Positions 42,947-55,452 are shown, numbered from the stretch's first letter. The stretch is DNA of 64,000 bases from an uncultured Bacteroides sp. (GCA_944320865.1 CALUJC010000007.1:17560-81559); one strand, 5' to 3'. Notes: a model not told the origin generated them from the letters alone. Translations and numbers: made by a program.

Positions 42947-43011
42947 CGGGTTTTCCGGGAAATAATTTATGCTTTCTTGCCGGAAGTGTTGTTATTTGTC
43001 TGTATCCGCCA

Positions 43012-43120
43012 CCCTCCTTGTCCGTTCTTTTTCCGCTCCATAGGGCTGAAGCGCATCCGAAGGAGTACCGAATGGGGTACGACCCGGGTACGAATGGGGT
43101 AGGGCGGAGGTTTGTATGGA
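43012..43120 (-). repeat. 109-nt dispersed element, copy B (inverted relative to A)
   Basis: The reverse complement aligns end to end with 27071..27179. It lies in the divergent metG/rnhB intergenic region. Confidence 0.8.
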
Positions 43121-43188
43121 TTTTTGGCGGTGGGGACGAAAGGGCTCTTAAAAAAGTGGCGGTGTTATGATTTTAACCGATAATTGTT

Positions 43189-43196
43189 TATTTTTG
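43189..43196 (+). promoter_or_regulatory. -7 box TAnnTTTG upstream of rnhB
   Basis: tatttttg, 76 nt upstream of the ATG. Confidence 0.4.
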
Positions 43197-43271
43197 CCAA
43201 GCTTAATCGTATAGCGAGCAGGCACTATGATTTCAATAAATAGAGACCTTATGTTTTTGGGAGAGAAATAA

Positions 43272-43880
43272 ATGTTATTACCTTACCTTCACGAAAACTT
43301 GATTGAAGCCGGTTGTGATGAGGCCGGAAGGGGATGCCTGGCCGGGGCGGTGTATGCGGCAGCGGTCATTCTGCCCAAGGATTTTCATAACGAGCAGTTG
43401 AACGATTCAAAACAGCTGACCGGGCGGCAGCGTTATGCCTTGCGCGAAGTGATAGAGCGTGAAGCCGTGGCATGGGCGGTGGGGGTGGTGAGCCCGCAGG
43501 AGATAGACGAGATTAACATCCTCAATGCTTCCATACTGGCCATGCACCGGGCTGTCGACCAGTTGCAGGTGCGTCCGCAGCATCTGTTGGTAGACGGCAA
43601 CCGTTTTAAGCCTTATCGCGACGTGCCTCATACTACGGTGGTGAAGGGTGATGGCAAATACCTCTCTATTGCTGCGGCTTCCATCCTTGCCAAGACGTAC
43701 CGCGATGACTACATGGAACACCTGCATGAGGAGTTTCCCCAATATGGCTGGGATAGGAACAAGGGGTATCCCACGCGGCAGCACCGCGAGGCCATTGCCC
43801 GGTATGGCTCCACGCCTTACCACCGCCTGACGTTCAATCTGCTGGGAGGGGACAGGCAGTTGTCGCTGGACTTCGGATAA
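43272..43880 (+). CDS. rnhB: Ribonuclease HII
   Basis: Motifs [31 protein letters not shown]. Confidence 0.95.
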   Translation: MLLPYLHENLIEAGCDEAGRGCLAGAVYAAAVILPKDFHNEQLNDSKQLTGRQRYALREVIEREAVAWAVGVVSPQEIDEINILNASILAMHRAVDQLQVRPQHLLVDGNRFKPYRDVPHTTVVKGDGKYLSIAAASILAKTYRDDYMEHLHEEFPQYGWDRNKGYPTRQHREAIARYGSTPYHRLTFNLLGGDRQLSLDFG

Positions 43881-43890
43881 GGCAAGAGCA

Positions 43891-44817
43891 TCAGAACCAC
43901 TTGATTTTGCGGAACCACACGAAGATGATGGCCGACAAGGCTGCCGAGAACAGCACAATGAAAAGGAATGCGTGCGGGTAGCGCTCTAAGTGGAGGCTGA
44001 CGTTCATGCCGTAGAAGCTGGCGATAAGCGTGGGAATCATGAGGGTGATGCTGAGGCTGGTCATGCGTTTCATGATGGCATTCACGTTGTTCGAGATGAT
44101 GGAGGCAAAGGCATCCATGGTGCCTGTGAGGATGTTGCTGTATACGTTGACCGTGTTATAAGCCTGTTGCAGCTCGATGACTACGTCTTCCAGCAGTTCT
44201 ACATCCAGGTAGCCGGTGTTTTGGAAGATGTTTTTCAGTTTCCCTATCAGCATTTCATTCCCTCGGATGGAGGTGTTGAAGTACACCAGCGTCTTCTGCA
44301 GCTTCATCAGGCGGAGAAGGTCTTCGTTGCGGATGCTTTTCTCCAATTCCTTTTCGGCGGTGGTGACGTCGTTGTTTATCTGCTGCAGGTATTTCAGGAA
44401 CCATACGGCGGATGAGTAGATGATGCGCAGGATGAAGTCGGACTTGTTGCGTATGGTTATGTTCTTGTGCCGTGCGTGGGCAATGAAGTCGGGGATGAGG
44501 TCTGTGCGGTGGTAGCAGACGGAGACGGTGACTTTGTCGTTGGTGATGATACCTATGGGGATAGTGATGAAGGGCACGTTCGGTTGACTGCTCTGCATGG
44601 GGATGCGCAGGATGGTAAGCAGCCAGTGGCCTTCGCTGTCGGTGCGGGGACGCTCGTCAGTATCGGCAATGTCGTCGAGGAACGATTTGGGCACTTGCAG
44701 CTTTTGTGTGAGGAATTGGAAGTCATCATCGTCCGGGCATTCGATGTTCACCCAGCAGTTGGGTTGCCATTCGGGCTTTTCAATGAAGCCGTTCTCGAAG
44801 TAGAGGTACTTTCTCAT
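43891..44817 (-). CDS. corA: CorA-family magnesium/cobalt transporter
   Basis: The YGMN motif (FYGMNV) sits between two C-terminal TM helices. Confidence 0.9.
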   Translation of the reverse strand: MRKYLYFENGFIEKPEWQPNCWVNIECPDDDDFQFLTQKLQVPKSFLDDIADTDERPRTDSEGHWLLTILRIPMQSSQPNVPFITIPIGIITNDKVTVSVCYHRTDLIPDFIAHARHKNITIRNKSDFILRIIYSSAVWFLKYLQQINNDVTTAEKELEKSIRNEDLLRLMKLQKTLVYFNTSIRGNEMLIGKLKNIFQNTGYLDVELLEDVVIELQQAYNTVNVYSNILTGTMDAFASIISNNVNAIMKRMTSLSITLMIPTLIASFYGMNVSLHLERYPHAFLFIVLFSAALSAIIFVWFRKIKWF

Positions 44818-44860
44818 GGGTGGAGTTTTTTATTGCTAAGTGGAAACGGCATTTCCTTCG

Positions 44861-44868
44861 CAAAAATA
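44861..44868 (-). promoter_or_regulatory. -7 box TAnnTTTG upstream of corA
   Basis: Minus strand reads tatttttg, 44 nt upstream of the ATG. Confidence 0.4.
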
Positions 44869-45009
44869 GTAAAAACCATCAGATGCTGTGGCTATTTATT
44901 GTCATTTCTTCTTTCTCGTTTACAGATTTGCGGAGAATGGGCTTCTTTGCACCACATCTTTGTAATGCATAAATAACGGAAGATGTGCTGCTTTAACCAT
45001 GCTTTTTTG

Positions 45010-45017
45010 TAACTTTG
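45010..45017 (+). promoter_or_regulatory. -7 box TAnnTTTG upstream of gpmI
   Basis: taactttg, 64 nt upstream of the ATG. Confidence 0.4.
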
Positions 45018-45080
45018 CGGCCGGTTCGGCGAGGCTGCGCCGGCTGGCAAAGAAATACTTAACTTAAAAAACATACAACT

Positions 45081-46601
45081 ATGGCTAAGAAAGCTCTTCT
45101 TATGATTTTGGACGGTTGGGGAATTGGCGACCGTCAGAAAGACGATGTGATTTACATGACTCCTACTCCCTATTGGGATAGCCTGTTGGCACAGTATCCG
45201 CACTCACAGCTCCAGGCGAGTGGTGAAAATGTAGGTTTGCCCGACGGACAGATGGGTAATTCCGAAGTAGGCCACCTCAACATTGGTGCCGGACGCATCG
45301 TTTACCAGGACTTGGTGAAGATTAACCGCGCTTGCGCCGACGGCAGCATCTTGAAGAATAAGGAAATCGTTTCCGCCTTCTCTTATGCTAAAGAGCACGG
45401 TAAGAATATCCACTTCATGGGTTTGACCTCGAACGGTGGTGTTCACTCTTCGTTCGACCATCTCTTTAAACTTTGTGACATTGCCAAGGAGTACGGCATC
45501 GGCGAACGCACCTTCATCCACTGCTTCATGGACGGCCGTGACACCGACCCGAAGAGCGGCAAGGGCTTCATCCAGCAGTTGACTGACCATTGTGCACAGA
45601 GTGCCGGGCGCATCGCCAGCATTGTGGGCCGCTTCTATGCCATGGACCGCGACAAGCGTTGGGCCCGTATCAAAGAAGCCTACGAACTGCTGATTAATGG
45701 CCAGGGCAAGCAGGCTACGGACATGGTGCAGGCCATGCAGGAGTCTTATGACGAGGGCGTGACGGACGAATTCATCAAGCCTATCAACAACTGTGCTTTC
45801 GACGGCACCATCAAGGAAGGCGACGTGGTCATCTTCTTCAATTACCGCAACGACCGTGCCAAGGAACTGACCATCGTGCTGACCCAGCAGGATATGCCCG
45901 AGGAAGGCATGAAGACCATCCCCGGCTTGCAATACTACTGCATGACGCCGTATGACGCTTCCTTCAAGGGCGTGCACATCATTTTCGACAAGGAGAACGT
46001 GGCCGACACGTTGGGCGAATACCTCTCGAAGCAAGGCAAGAAGCAGTTGCACATCGCCGAGACGGAGAAGTATGCGCACGTCACCTTCTTCTTCAACGGC
46101 GGACGCGAGGCTCCGTTCGAGGGCGAGGACCGCATCCTGGTGCCCTCTCCCAAGGTAGCCACTTACGACCTGAAGCCCGAAATGAGTGCCTATGAAGTAA
46201 AGGACAAGCTGGTGGAAGCCATCAACACGCAGAAGTATGACTTCATCGTGGTGAACTATGCCAACGGCGACATGGTGGGCCACACGGGTGTGTACGAAGC
46301 CATCGAGAAGGCCGTGGTTGCCATCGACAACTGCGTGCGCGACACGGTGGAAGCCGCCAAAGCCAATGACTACGAGGTCATCATCATCGCCGACCACGGC
46401 AATGCCGACCACGCCCTGAACGCCGACGGCACGCCCAACACGGCTCACTCTCTGAATCCCGTTCCTTTTGTTTACGTCACGACAAACAAGGACGCCAAGG
46501 TAGAGAACGGCGTATTGGCCGATGTGGCTCCGTCCATCCTGCATATCATGGGCCTGCCCCAGCCGGCTGACATGACGGGCAAGGACTTGATAAAAGGTTA
46601 A
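45081..46601 (+). CDS. gpmI: 2,3-bisphosphoglycerate-independent phosphoglycerate mutase
   Basis: Motifs [40 protein letters not shown]. Confidence 0.95.
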   Translation: MAKKALLMILDGWGIGDRQKDDVIYMTPTPYWDSLLAQYPHSQLQASGENVGLPDGQMGNSEVGHLNIGAGRIVYQDLVKINRACADGSILKNKEIVSAFSYAKEHGKNIHFMGLTSNGGVHSSFDHLFKLCDIAKEYGIGERTFIHCFMDGRDTDPKSGKGFIQQLTDHCAQSAGRIASIVGRFYAMDRDKRWARIKEAYELLINGQGKQATDMVQAMQESYDEGVTDEFIKPINNCAFDGTIKEGDVVIFFNYRNDRAKELTIVLTQQDMPEEGMKTIPGLQYYCMTPYDASFKGVHIIFDKENVADTLGEYLSKQGKKQLHIAETEKYAHVTFFFNGGREAPFEGEDRILVPSPKVATYDLKPEMSAYEVKDKLVEAINTQKYDFIVVNYANGDMVGHTGVYEAIEKAVVAIDNCVRDTVEAAKANDYEVIIIADHGNADHALNADGTPNTAHSLNPVPFVYVTTNKDAKVENGVLADVAPSILHIMGLPQPADMTGKDLIKG

Positions 46602-46617
46602 AACATCATTCTTTTTA

Positions 46618-46661
46618 CCCCATCAACCATCATTCTTGCGATGAGTTGATGGGGATTTTTT
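46618..46661 (+). terminator. Rho-independent terminator of gpmI
   Basis: Stem ccccatcaac / gttgatgggg (10 bp), followed by atttttt. Confidence 0.75.
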
Positions 46662-46670
46662 ATCTAAGAT

Positions 46671-47324
46671 ATGCGTTGTTTTTCTATCTTATTTTTGATA
46701 TTCATTTTATGCAATTCTTGTGAGAAAGAAGTCGCAGATATTTTCAATGAAGATAATACGGAGAAGGGAGAATTGACGCAATTAATGAACCTGCTTACTA
46801 ACGGGAATTGTGAAGAATGGGTCTTTTATGCCGGGGACAAAGATGGAGATTATCTTGATGGTTGGTCTATGGAAGATAATCGAAACGCAGTTCATAAAGA
46901 GCAAATAGAGGTCTATGAAGGTAAATATTCTGCTAAGTTATGTTCGCCACGCACTGGCATTACGGCGTTTGTCAGCCAGAGGGTAGATATTGCTTCCGGG
47001 CACAGGTTAAGGATTGCTTTTCATTATCGGATGGATTACCAATCCGGAACAGGTGCTCGTATGTACTGTTATTTTCGTCAGGGGCGAACATCCAATATAC
47101 CTAATAAAGTCTTATATACTTTCTACGATGATGCCACTTTGAATATCATCCGTGGAGGGGGATACGGCATTAATAAGTTTGGTGATACAAATGGTGAGTG
47201 GAAGATGTTTGACTATACGATACAAGCTCCTGCTATTGCCGACTGTTTTGTCTTTGAAATTCATAGTTATGCAGGTACAGTCTTTTATGTGGACGATTGT
47301 TATGTGATAGATTTGGATATGTAA
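46671..47324 (+). CDS. Hypothetical lipoprotein with jelly-roll/CBM-like composition
   Basis: Lipobox is ILCNSC. The gene lies in an AT-richer patch. The stretch YEGKYSAKL...ITAFVSQRVDI..GHRLRIAFHY...WKMFDYTI resembles CBM4/9-type galactose-binding-like folds, but the match is weak. Confidence 0.45.
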   Translation: MRCFSILFLIFILCNSCEKEVADIFNEDNTEKGELTQLMNLLTNGNCEEWVFYAGDKDGDYLDGWSMEDNRNAVHKEQIEVYEGKYSAKLCSPRTGITAFVSQRVDIASGHRLRIAFHYRMDYQSGTGARMYCYFRQGRTSNIPNKVLYTFYDDATLNIIRGGGYGINKFGDTNGEWKMFDYTIQAPAIADCFVFEIHSYAGTVFYVDDCYVIDLDM

Positions 47325-47358
47325 TTTAATTCTCAATTTTTAATTTTCAATTAATCAA

Positions 47359-47940
47359 ATGTTGCAAGTTGGTGACGTTGTCGTCAGTTTCGACGTGCTG
47401 AAAGAAAAATTCCTTTGCGACCTCAGTGCCTGCCGGGGGGCATGCTGCGTGGAGGGCGATGCGGGTGCCCCTCTGGAGTTGGACGAGGTGGCGCAGATTG
47501 AAGAAGTGCTTCCGCTGATTTGGGACGAGCTGTCGCCTGAGGCGCGGGAGATAATAGACAAGCAGGGCGTGGCCTACGTGGATCGGGAGAGCGACCTGGT
47601 GACGTCCATCGTGAACGGCAAAGACTGCGTGTTTACCTGTTACGACGGGCGGGGCTGCTGCTATTGCGCCATCGAGCGGGCTTTCCGAGCGGGGAAGACA
47701 AAGTTCATGAAGCCCGTGTCCTGCCACCTCTACCCCATACGCGTGAAAGACTTCGGTACGTTCAAGGGCGTGAACTACAACCGTTGGGACGTGTGCAAGG
47801 CGGCGGTCTTGCTGGGGCAGAAGGAGAACCTGCCCGTCTACAAGTTCCTCCGGGAGCCGCTCATCCGCAAGTTCGGGGCGGAGTGGTACGCCGAACTGGA
47901 GACGGCGGTGGAGGAACTGAAGAAACAGAACTACCTCTGA
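47359..47940 (+). CDS. DUF3109-family Cys-rich protein
   Basis: Motif FLCDLSACRGACCVEGDAGAPLE, characteristic of Bacteroidota DUF3109. Confidence 0.7.
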   Translation: MLQVGDVVVSFDVLKEKFLCDLSACRGACCVEGDAGAPLELDEVAQIEEVLPLIWDELSPEAREIIDKQGVAYVDRESDLVTSIVNGKDCVFTCYDGRGCCYCAIERAFRAGKTKFMKPVSCHLYPIRVKDFGTFKGVNYNRWDVCKAAVLLGQKENLPVYKFLREPLIRKFGAEWYAELETAVEELKKQNYL

Positions 47941-47989
47941 CCTGCGTAACCCATCCCTCTTTTAAGCCTTATATGACTGCTGCGGTGGT

Positions 47990-48054
47990 GTTGGAACGCT
48001 ACCGCGCCAGCTTAGTATCGCTACCATGCCGGCATTGGGACGCTGTTTTATCCG
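47990..48054. repeat. 3 x 22-bp array, same family as 14084/23216 (locus 3 of 3)
   Basis: The cgct core recurs at 47997, 48019 and 48041. Units include gttggaacgctaccgcgccag and cttagtatcgctaccatgccgg. Confidence 0.7.
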
Positions 48055-48124
48055 CATCAGGGCGATGCTTTTCCCGATTATTTCTTTTACCTTTGTCTTG
48101 GTTTAATCTAAAGCATGAAAAGAT

Positions 48125-51100
48125 ATGAAAAAGCAATTCCTATTTTCCCTGCTGGCCCTGGGCGTGGCGGCAGGGATGCAGGCCGAAGAAGGCAGGTTGC
48201 TCCGCTTCCCCTCGACGAACGGGACGGACGTGGTCTTTACCTACGCGGGCGACCTGTATAAGGCGCCTTTGGCGGGAGGCGAGGCCCGGAGGCTGACCTC
48301 GCACGTGGGTTACGAACTGTTTGCACGTTATTCTCCGGACGGAAAGACCATCGCCTTTACGGGCGAGTACGACGGCAACCGCGAGGTTTATGTGATGCCT
48401 GCCGAAGGCGGGCAACCGAGGCGGCTGACGTACACCTCGACCAACGCCCGCGACGATGTGGGCGACCGCATGGGCCCGAACAACATCGTCATGGCCTGGA
48501 CGCCGGACGGCAACGGCGTGGTCTACCGCAACCGCATCGGCGACGGGTTCGAGGGACGGCTGTGGACGGCTCCCCTCAAAGGCGGCATGCCCGAGGCGCT
48601 TCCCCTGCCCGAGGGCGGCTTCTGCAGCTATTCGCCGGACGGCAAGCGGTTGGCCTACAACCGCGTGTTCCGCGAATTCCGCAACTGGAAATACTACCGT
48701 GGCGGCATGGCGGACGACATCTGGGTGTACGACCCGCAGGCCAAGCGCGTGGACCGCGTGACGGACAATGTGGCGCAGGACATCTGCCCCATGTGGATTG
48801 GTGACGACATCTACTTCATCTCCGACCGCGACAAGACGATGAACCTCTTCGTCTACCACACCGCTACCCGGCAGACGGAGAAGGTGACAAATTACACGGA
48901 CTACGACATCAAGTTTCCCAGCACCGACGGCAAGGTCATCGTCTACGAAAAGGGAGGCTACCTCTTCCGCTTCGACCCGCAGACGCGCCGTGCCGAGCAG
49001 ATACACATCACGCTGAATGCCGAGAACGTCTACGCGCGCCCCGAGTTGAAGCATGTGGCCGCCAACCTCACGGCTGCCGGACTGAGCGCCGACGGCAAAC
49101 GCCTGGCGGTGACGGCCCGTGGCGAGGTGTTCGACGTGCCCGCGAAGAATGGCGTGACACGCAACATCACCCGTACGCCCGGCGCCCACGAGCGCGGGGC
49201 CGACTGGAGTCCCGACGGCCAATACATAGCCTACATCTCCGACCGTACGGGCGAGACGGAAATCTGGCTGCAGCCTGCCGCCGGTGGAGACCCCGTGCAG
49301 CTGACCGAGGGCAACGACACCTACATCCGCAGCCTGCTGTGGAGCCCGGACAGCAAGACGGTGCTCTACACCGACCGCAAGAACCGCATCGTCACCGTGG
49401 ACGTGGCGAAGAGAACAAAGACCGTGGTGATGCAGTGCCCCGAAGGCGAGTTCTACGACGTGTCCTTCTCGGCGGACAGCCGCTGGCTGACTTACACCAA
49501 GCCGGCAAAGAACCAGTTCTCCGTGGTCTATGTCTATAACTTGGATACAAAGAAGGAATACGCCGTGACGGAGAAGTGGTACAACTCCTCCAGCCCGGCG
49601 TTCAGCACCGATGGCAAGTACCTCATCTTTGAGTCCGACCGTGATTTTAATCCCATCTACGGCCGCCTGGAGTGGAATCATGTCTACACCCGCATGGGCG
49701 GCATCTACCTGGCCATGCTACAGGCCAGTACGCCTTCACCTTTCTTGCCCGCCGACGAGGCAGTGAACAGTGACAAGGAGGAAGAAGCCGGTAAAACTTC
49801 CGCCAAGGACACCAAGAAGAAAGACGCCCAAGCCGAAGACAAGACGGTGAAGATTGACCCCGAAGGTATCGTGGGGCGCATCGTCAAGCTGCCCCTGCAG
49901 GCCGGCAACTACTGGAACCTGTACAGCGACGGGCAGACCGTGTGGTACTATGGCAACGGCGGCACGCATGCCTTCGACCTGAAAGAACAGAAAGATGAAC
50001 TGATAGCCGAAGGCACCATCATGGCACCCGTAAACGGCAGCAAGAAGGTACTTTACAGCCGTGGCAATGCACTCTACGTAGGCGAACTGTCTACTCGCAA
50101 AGTCACACTGGAAAACGCAGTATCACTGAACGATATGGTAGCCCCAGTAGACTACGGGCAGGAATGGGCACAGATATTCGACGAGGCCTGGCGTGCCTAC
50201 CGCGACGGCTTCTATGTGGAGAACATGCACGGAGTGGACTGGAAGGCCATCCGCGAGAAGTATGCCGTGCTGTTGCCCTACGCCAAGACGCGCCTCGACC
50301 TGAATTACATCATCGGCGAGATGATTGCCGAGCTGGCGTGTGGCCATGCCTACGTCAACCCCGGCGAATACGCCAAGCCCGAGCGCATCCCGATGGGTTT
50401 GCTGGGTGCCGAACTGAGCCGCGACAAGAGTGGGTTCTACCGCATCGACAAGATTCTGCCGGGCGCGCCATACAGCGAGAAGCTGCGTTCGCCCCTCGCC
50501 GAGCCGGGCATGGAAGTGCGTGAGGGCGACTACATCACGGCCATCGACGGCGTATCTACAGCCACGGTGGACAACATCTACCAGCTGCTCATCGGCAAGG
50601 CCGGCGTGCTGACCGAACTGGTTGTCAATGGCAAACCTTCAGAGCAGGGGGCACATAAAGTTGTGGTTACACCTACCGATAATGAATACCCGCTCTATCA
50701 TTACAACTGGGTACAGAACAACCTCCGCCGCGTGGAGGAAGCCACCGATGGCCGCGTGGGCTACATCTACATCCCCGACATGGGGCCGGAGGGACTGAAT
50801 GAGTTTGCAAGGTATTTCTACCCGCAGCTGGACAAAGAGGCCCTCATCATCGACGACCGCGCCAACGGCGGCGGCAACGTTTCGCCCATGATTATCGAGC
50901 GGTTGCTGCGCAAGCCCTACCGCATGACCATGTACCGCACGTCCAGCCAGACGGGCACCATCCCCGACGCCACGCAATATGGCCCGAAAGTGTTGCTTAT
51001 CAACAAGTATTCGGCTTCCGATGGTGACCTCTTCCCCTGGAGCTTCAAGGCCAACAACCTCGGCACCGTCATCGGCACCCGCACGTGGGGCGGCATTGTG

Positions 51101-51373
51101 GGCATCAGCGGCTCCCTGCCCTACATGGACGGCACGGACATCCGCGTGCCCTTCTTCACCAACTACGATGCCAAGACCGGACAGTGGATTGTGGAGAACC
51201 ACGGTGTTGACCCCGATATCTTGATAGACAACGACCCCATCCAGGAGCAGGCCGGCGTAGACCAGCAGTTGGAGAAAGCCATCGAAGTGGCCCTTCAGCA
51301 GCTGAAGGACCGCAAGCCTCTGCCCGGCGTTCCCGCGCCGCGCACAATGAAGGACTTGGGGGTGGAAGAATAA
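48125..51373 (+). CDS. Tricorn-protease-like S41 peptidase (beta-propellers + PDZ + S41 domain)
   Basis: Signal peptide, then TolB-like repeats (SPDGK..IAF, WSPDGQYIAYISDR, FSTDGKYLIFESDR). The S41 core motifs are IIDDRANGGGNVS and SASDGDLFPWSFK..GTRTWGGIVG. Confidence 0.85.
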   Translation: MKKQFLFSLLALGVAAGMQAEEGRLLRFPSTNGTDVVFTYAGDLYKAPLAGGEARRLTSHVGYELFARYSPDGKTIAFTGEYDGNREVYVMPAEGGQPRRLTYTSTNARDDVGDRMGPNNIVMAWTPDGNGVVYRNRIGDGFEGRLWTAPLKGGMPEALPLPEGGFCSYSPDGKRLAYNRVFREFRNWKYYRGGMADDIWVYDPQAKRVDRVTDNVAQDICPMWIGDDIYFISDRDKTMNLFVYHTATRQTEKVTNYTDYDIKFPSTDGKVIVYEKGGYLFRFDPQTRRAEQIHITLNAENVYARPELKHVAANLTAAGLSADGKRLAVTARGEVFDVPAKNGVTRNITRTPGAHERGADWSPDGQYIAYISDRTGETEIWLQPAAGGDPVQLTEGNDTYIRSLLWSPDSKTVLYTDRKNRIVTVDVAKRTKTVVMQCPEGEFYDVSFSADSRWLTYTKPAKNQFSVVYVYNLDTKKEYAVTEKWYNSSSPAFSTDGKYLIFESDRDFNPIYGRLEWNHVYTRMGGIYLAMLQASTPSPFLPADEAVNSDKEEEAGKTSAKDTKKKDAQAEDKTVKIDPEGIVGRIVKLPLQAGNYWNLYSDGQTVWYYGNGGTHAFDLKEQKDELIAEGTIMAPVNGSKKVLYSRGNALYVGELSTRKVTLENAVSLNDMVAPVDYGQEWAQIFDEAWRAYRDGFYVENMHGVDWKAIREKYAVLLPYAKTRLDLNYIIGEMIAELACGHAYVNPGEYAKPERIPMGLLGAELSRDKSGFYRIDKILPGAPYSEKLRSPLAEPGMEVREGDYITAIDGVSTATVDNIYQLLIGKAGVLTELVVNGKPSEQGAHKVVVTPTDNEYPLYHYNWVQNNLRRVEEATDGRVGYIYIPDMGPEGLNEFARYFYPQLDKEALIIDDRANGGGNVSPMIIERLLRKPYRMTMYRTSSQTGTIPDATQYGPKVLLINKYSASDGDLFPWSFKANNLGTVIGTRTWGGIVGISGSLPYMDGTDIRVPFFTNYDAKTGQWIVENHGVDPDILIDNDPIQEQAGVDQQLEKAIEVALQQLKDRKPLPGVPAPRTMKDLGVEE

Positions 51374-51410
51374 TGCATAGGCTATAGAGACGCCAGTGCA
51401 TACTTACTTC

Positions 51411-51461
51411 AGAGGGGCGTATCCACATGCGCAGGTACCTGCGTGCGGGATACGCCCCTCT
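51411..51461. terminator. Bidirectional terminator hairpin between convergent genes
   Basis: 14-bp stem agaggggcgtatcc / ggatacgcccctct with an inner palindrome cgcaggtacctgcg, followed by ttta. Confidence 0.7.
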
Positions 51462-51469
51462 TTATATCT

Positions 51470-53239
51470 CTACCGCAACGATACTGTGCAACGTTTCAAA
51501 TAGCTATGTTTTCCGTTCCGGCACAGGTAATAAGGGAAAATATGTCCGTCCTTGTCTTTGCCCAATGCAAAGGCAAGAGGTTTGTCAGCGTCTTCGAGTT
51601 GCAGGAAGGCAGAGTAAATTTCATGTCCTTCTCTGGTCAATACCCTGTATTCGAAGATGTCTGTGGCCTCTTTCATGGGGCTTTTACCATGTCTGATAAG
51701 GCAGTGTATGCCTTGCTCGTCCAGCCTTAACTCGTCAATATAGCGGTGGAACGTCCCAAGAAAGTGGTTGAAATACTCGTCGGTGTACATGTCATGCTTT
51801 GCAGCGAGCAGCAAAGAGTCAGTTACCGGCACGTCGAACAAAGTGAATTCGCGTCCTTGACGGTCGGCATTTCTATCCGTCAGCCACACCTTCCCCGAAC
51901 ATCCGTCTGTATAGACTAACTCCCTGCCGTCACAGTCGCCCGTGGGCATTGTATAGTAGTAGCCAGTGTGGGTTTTCTGAAATATGCTGTCCAATTGCCC
52001 GAATCGTTTCAATAATTTTCCGGTGTGCATGTCAAAGATGGCACAGATAGGGGCTTCCGTATAAAACCGGCTTTGGAATATGTCACGCTCAGGGTCAGCT
52101 TTCGTCTCTTCTGCCGTCATGGTCACAGGGTATCCGGTGAGGCATCCCAGCATGAGTCGCTCGTCACCTATAGGTATGATATGCGTAGTGCTCGTGTAGA
52201 AGTAAAGCGGATTTTCATGCAGCAAGTCCAGAGGCAGCATGGTGCATGTGTCTGCCGATGCCGACAATTGGGTTTGCAGCAGGACAGCTTGGTTATAGTA
52301 AGCAATGGTTTCCTTGTCCTTGTATGTTAGTTGGGGTAAAGAATAAGATACGATGGCAGTGCCCGTTTCGGAATCAAGGGAGCATCCGTTGGCCATAATG
52401 AAGATTTGCCCGTCATTCTTCATGCCTTTGTACACAGAGTCCGGTATTTCTACAAATGCCCGCTCCTGTCTGTCGGTTGGCACAATGCGTTTCTGTAGTT
52501 GGGCTATCGAATCACCTTTTATCTCGAACAACAACCCCGCCGACAACAACTCGTCTGAATAGAGGAAGGTGTCGCCTGTCCATGCGGGAAGTTCTACCAC
52601 ACCGGAAATATCTGCGTCATTGCCTAAATCTATGCGTACAGCAGGATAAGTGCCCTGTGGCTTAAGCCCTACCGTGATAGGCGACGTTAGAGTGGCTTCC
52701 TGCCGGAACATGGGCATATATTGTGTGTTGTCGGCCAATTGCTGCAAGAACTCCTTGCTCATTGTCGGCGTATCGCCTCCACACATCAAACGTCCTTGCT
52801 TCGCATCAATTTGCAGGACGTAAGTTACGGCCAACCGCCCTGCCCGATACCGGAAAATTTGTTCGTGCAGATTCTTGGTGTCTACTATCAGTTGGTCGAA
52901 TCCGAATTTCTGCTTCACGTATTTCCGTGCCAAGTCTGCCTCAGGATAAGCGGCAATCAATACTACCCGGGCTTCCGGCTTGATTTGAGGCATCTGGTGT
53001 ATAAAATAGGGGATATCTACTTCGCACCGCGGGCAGAATTGTGGGATAAAAAGGATGGCAAATACTTCATCACACCCTTCGCCGTAAGGCCCCAAAAGTT
53101 CTTTCAGTTGTTGCTCTGTGCCTTCTCTTTGCATAATGCCATGGTGGTTGGCCAGCATCTCTGCAATGTAGTCAGTCTTTTGCCCGCAAATGTTTAAAGA
53201 AAAAAACAAAAGGGCGAAAATGCAGGTTAGCTTTTTCAT
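51470..53239 (-). CDS. Secreted hypothetical protein with N-terminal thioredoxin-like (CxxC) region
   Basis: Start re-set to MKKLTCIFALLFFSLNICGQ. The motif FAILFIPQFCPRCEV is redoxin-like. The remaining ~430 aa are beta-rich and their family was not recognised. Confidence 0.55.
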   Translation of the reverse strand: MKKLTCIFALLFFSLNICGQKTDYIAEMLANHHGIMQREGTEQQLKELLGPYGEGCDEVFAILFIPQFCPRCEVDIPYFIHQMPQIKPEARVVLIAAYPEADLARKYVKQKFGFDQLIVDTKNLHEQIFRYRAGRLAVTYVLQIDAKQGRLMCGGDTPTMSKEFLQQLADNTQYMPMFRQEATLTSPITVGLKPQGTYPAVRIDLGNDADISGVVELPAWTGDTFLYSDELLSAGLLFEIKGDSIAQLQKRIVPTDRQERAFVEIPDSVYKGMKNDGQIFIMANGCSLDSETGTAIVSYSLPQLTYKDKETIAYYNQAVLLQTQLSASADTCTMLPLDLLHENPLYFYTSTTHIIPIGDERLMLGCLTGYPVTMTAEETKADPERDIFQSRFYTEAPICAIFDMHTGKLLKRFGQLDSIFQKTHTGYYYTMPTGDCDGRELVYTDGCSGKVWLTDRNADRQGREFTLFDVPVTDSLLLAAKHDMYTDEYFNHFLGTFHRYIDELRLDEQGIHCLIRHGKSPMKEATDIFEYRVLTREGHEIYSAFLQLEDADKPLAFALGKDKDGHIFPYYLCRNGKHSYLKRCTVSLR

Positions 53240-53350
53240 TTCATTTGACTTAAAATCGTTATCTGGAAATAGCACGAGCCGCCTCTCTTAATGGAGGCGA
53301 CTCGTGGTGAATTTTATTTGTATCTGCGGCTACAAAGTTATGACTTTTTT

Positions 53351-53401
53351 CTATAGAAAACGCGCCGGACTTTCGGGAAATATTCCCACAAAGTCCGGCG
53401 C
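53351..53401 (-). terminator. Rho-independent terminator of gyrB
   Basis: 12-bp stem gcgccggacttt / aaagtccggcgc, followed on the minus strand by gttttctatagaaaaaag. Confidence 0.7.
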
Positions 53402-53448
53402 TTCTTTGTAGTAAGATGTGAGGCGGTTGATAAAAAAACTATCTGTCC

Positions 53449-55443
<1,995 letters not shown>

Positions 55444-55452
55444 TTAACCCCG

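Noticed and set aside
45204-46544. 446-aa ORF on the - strand
   Set aside because: It is antisense to gpmI.
48140-49681. 513-aa ORF on the - strand
   Set aside because: It is antisense to the tricorn-like protease gene and has shadow-ORF composition.
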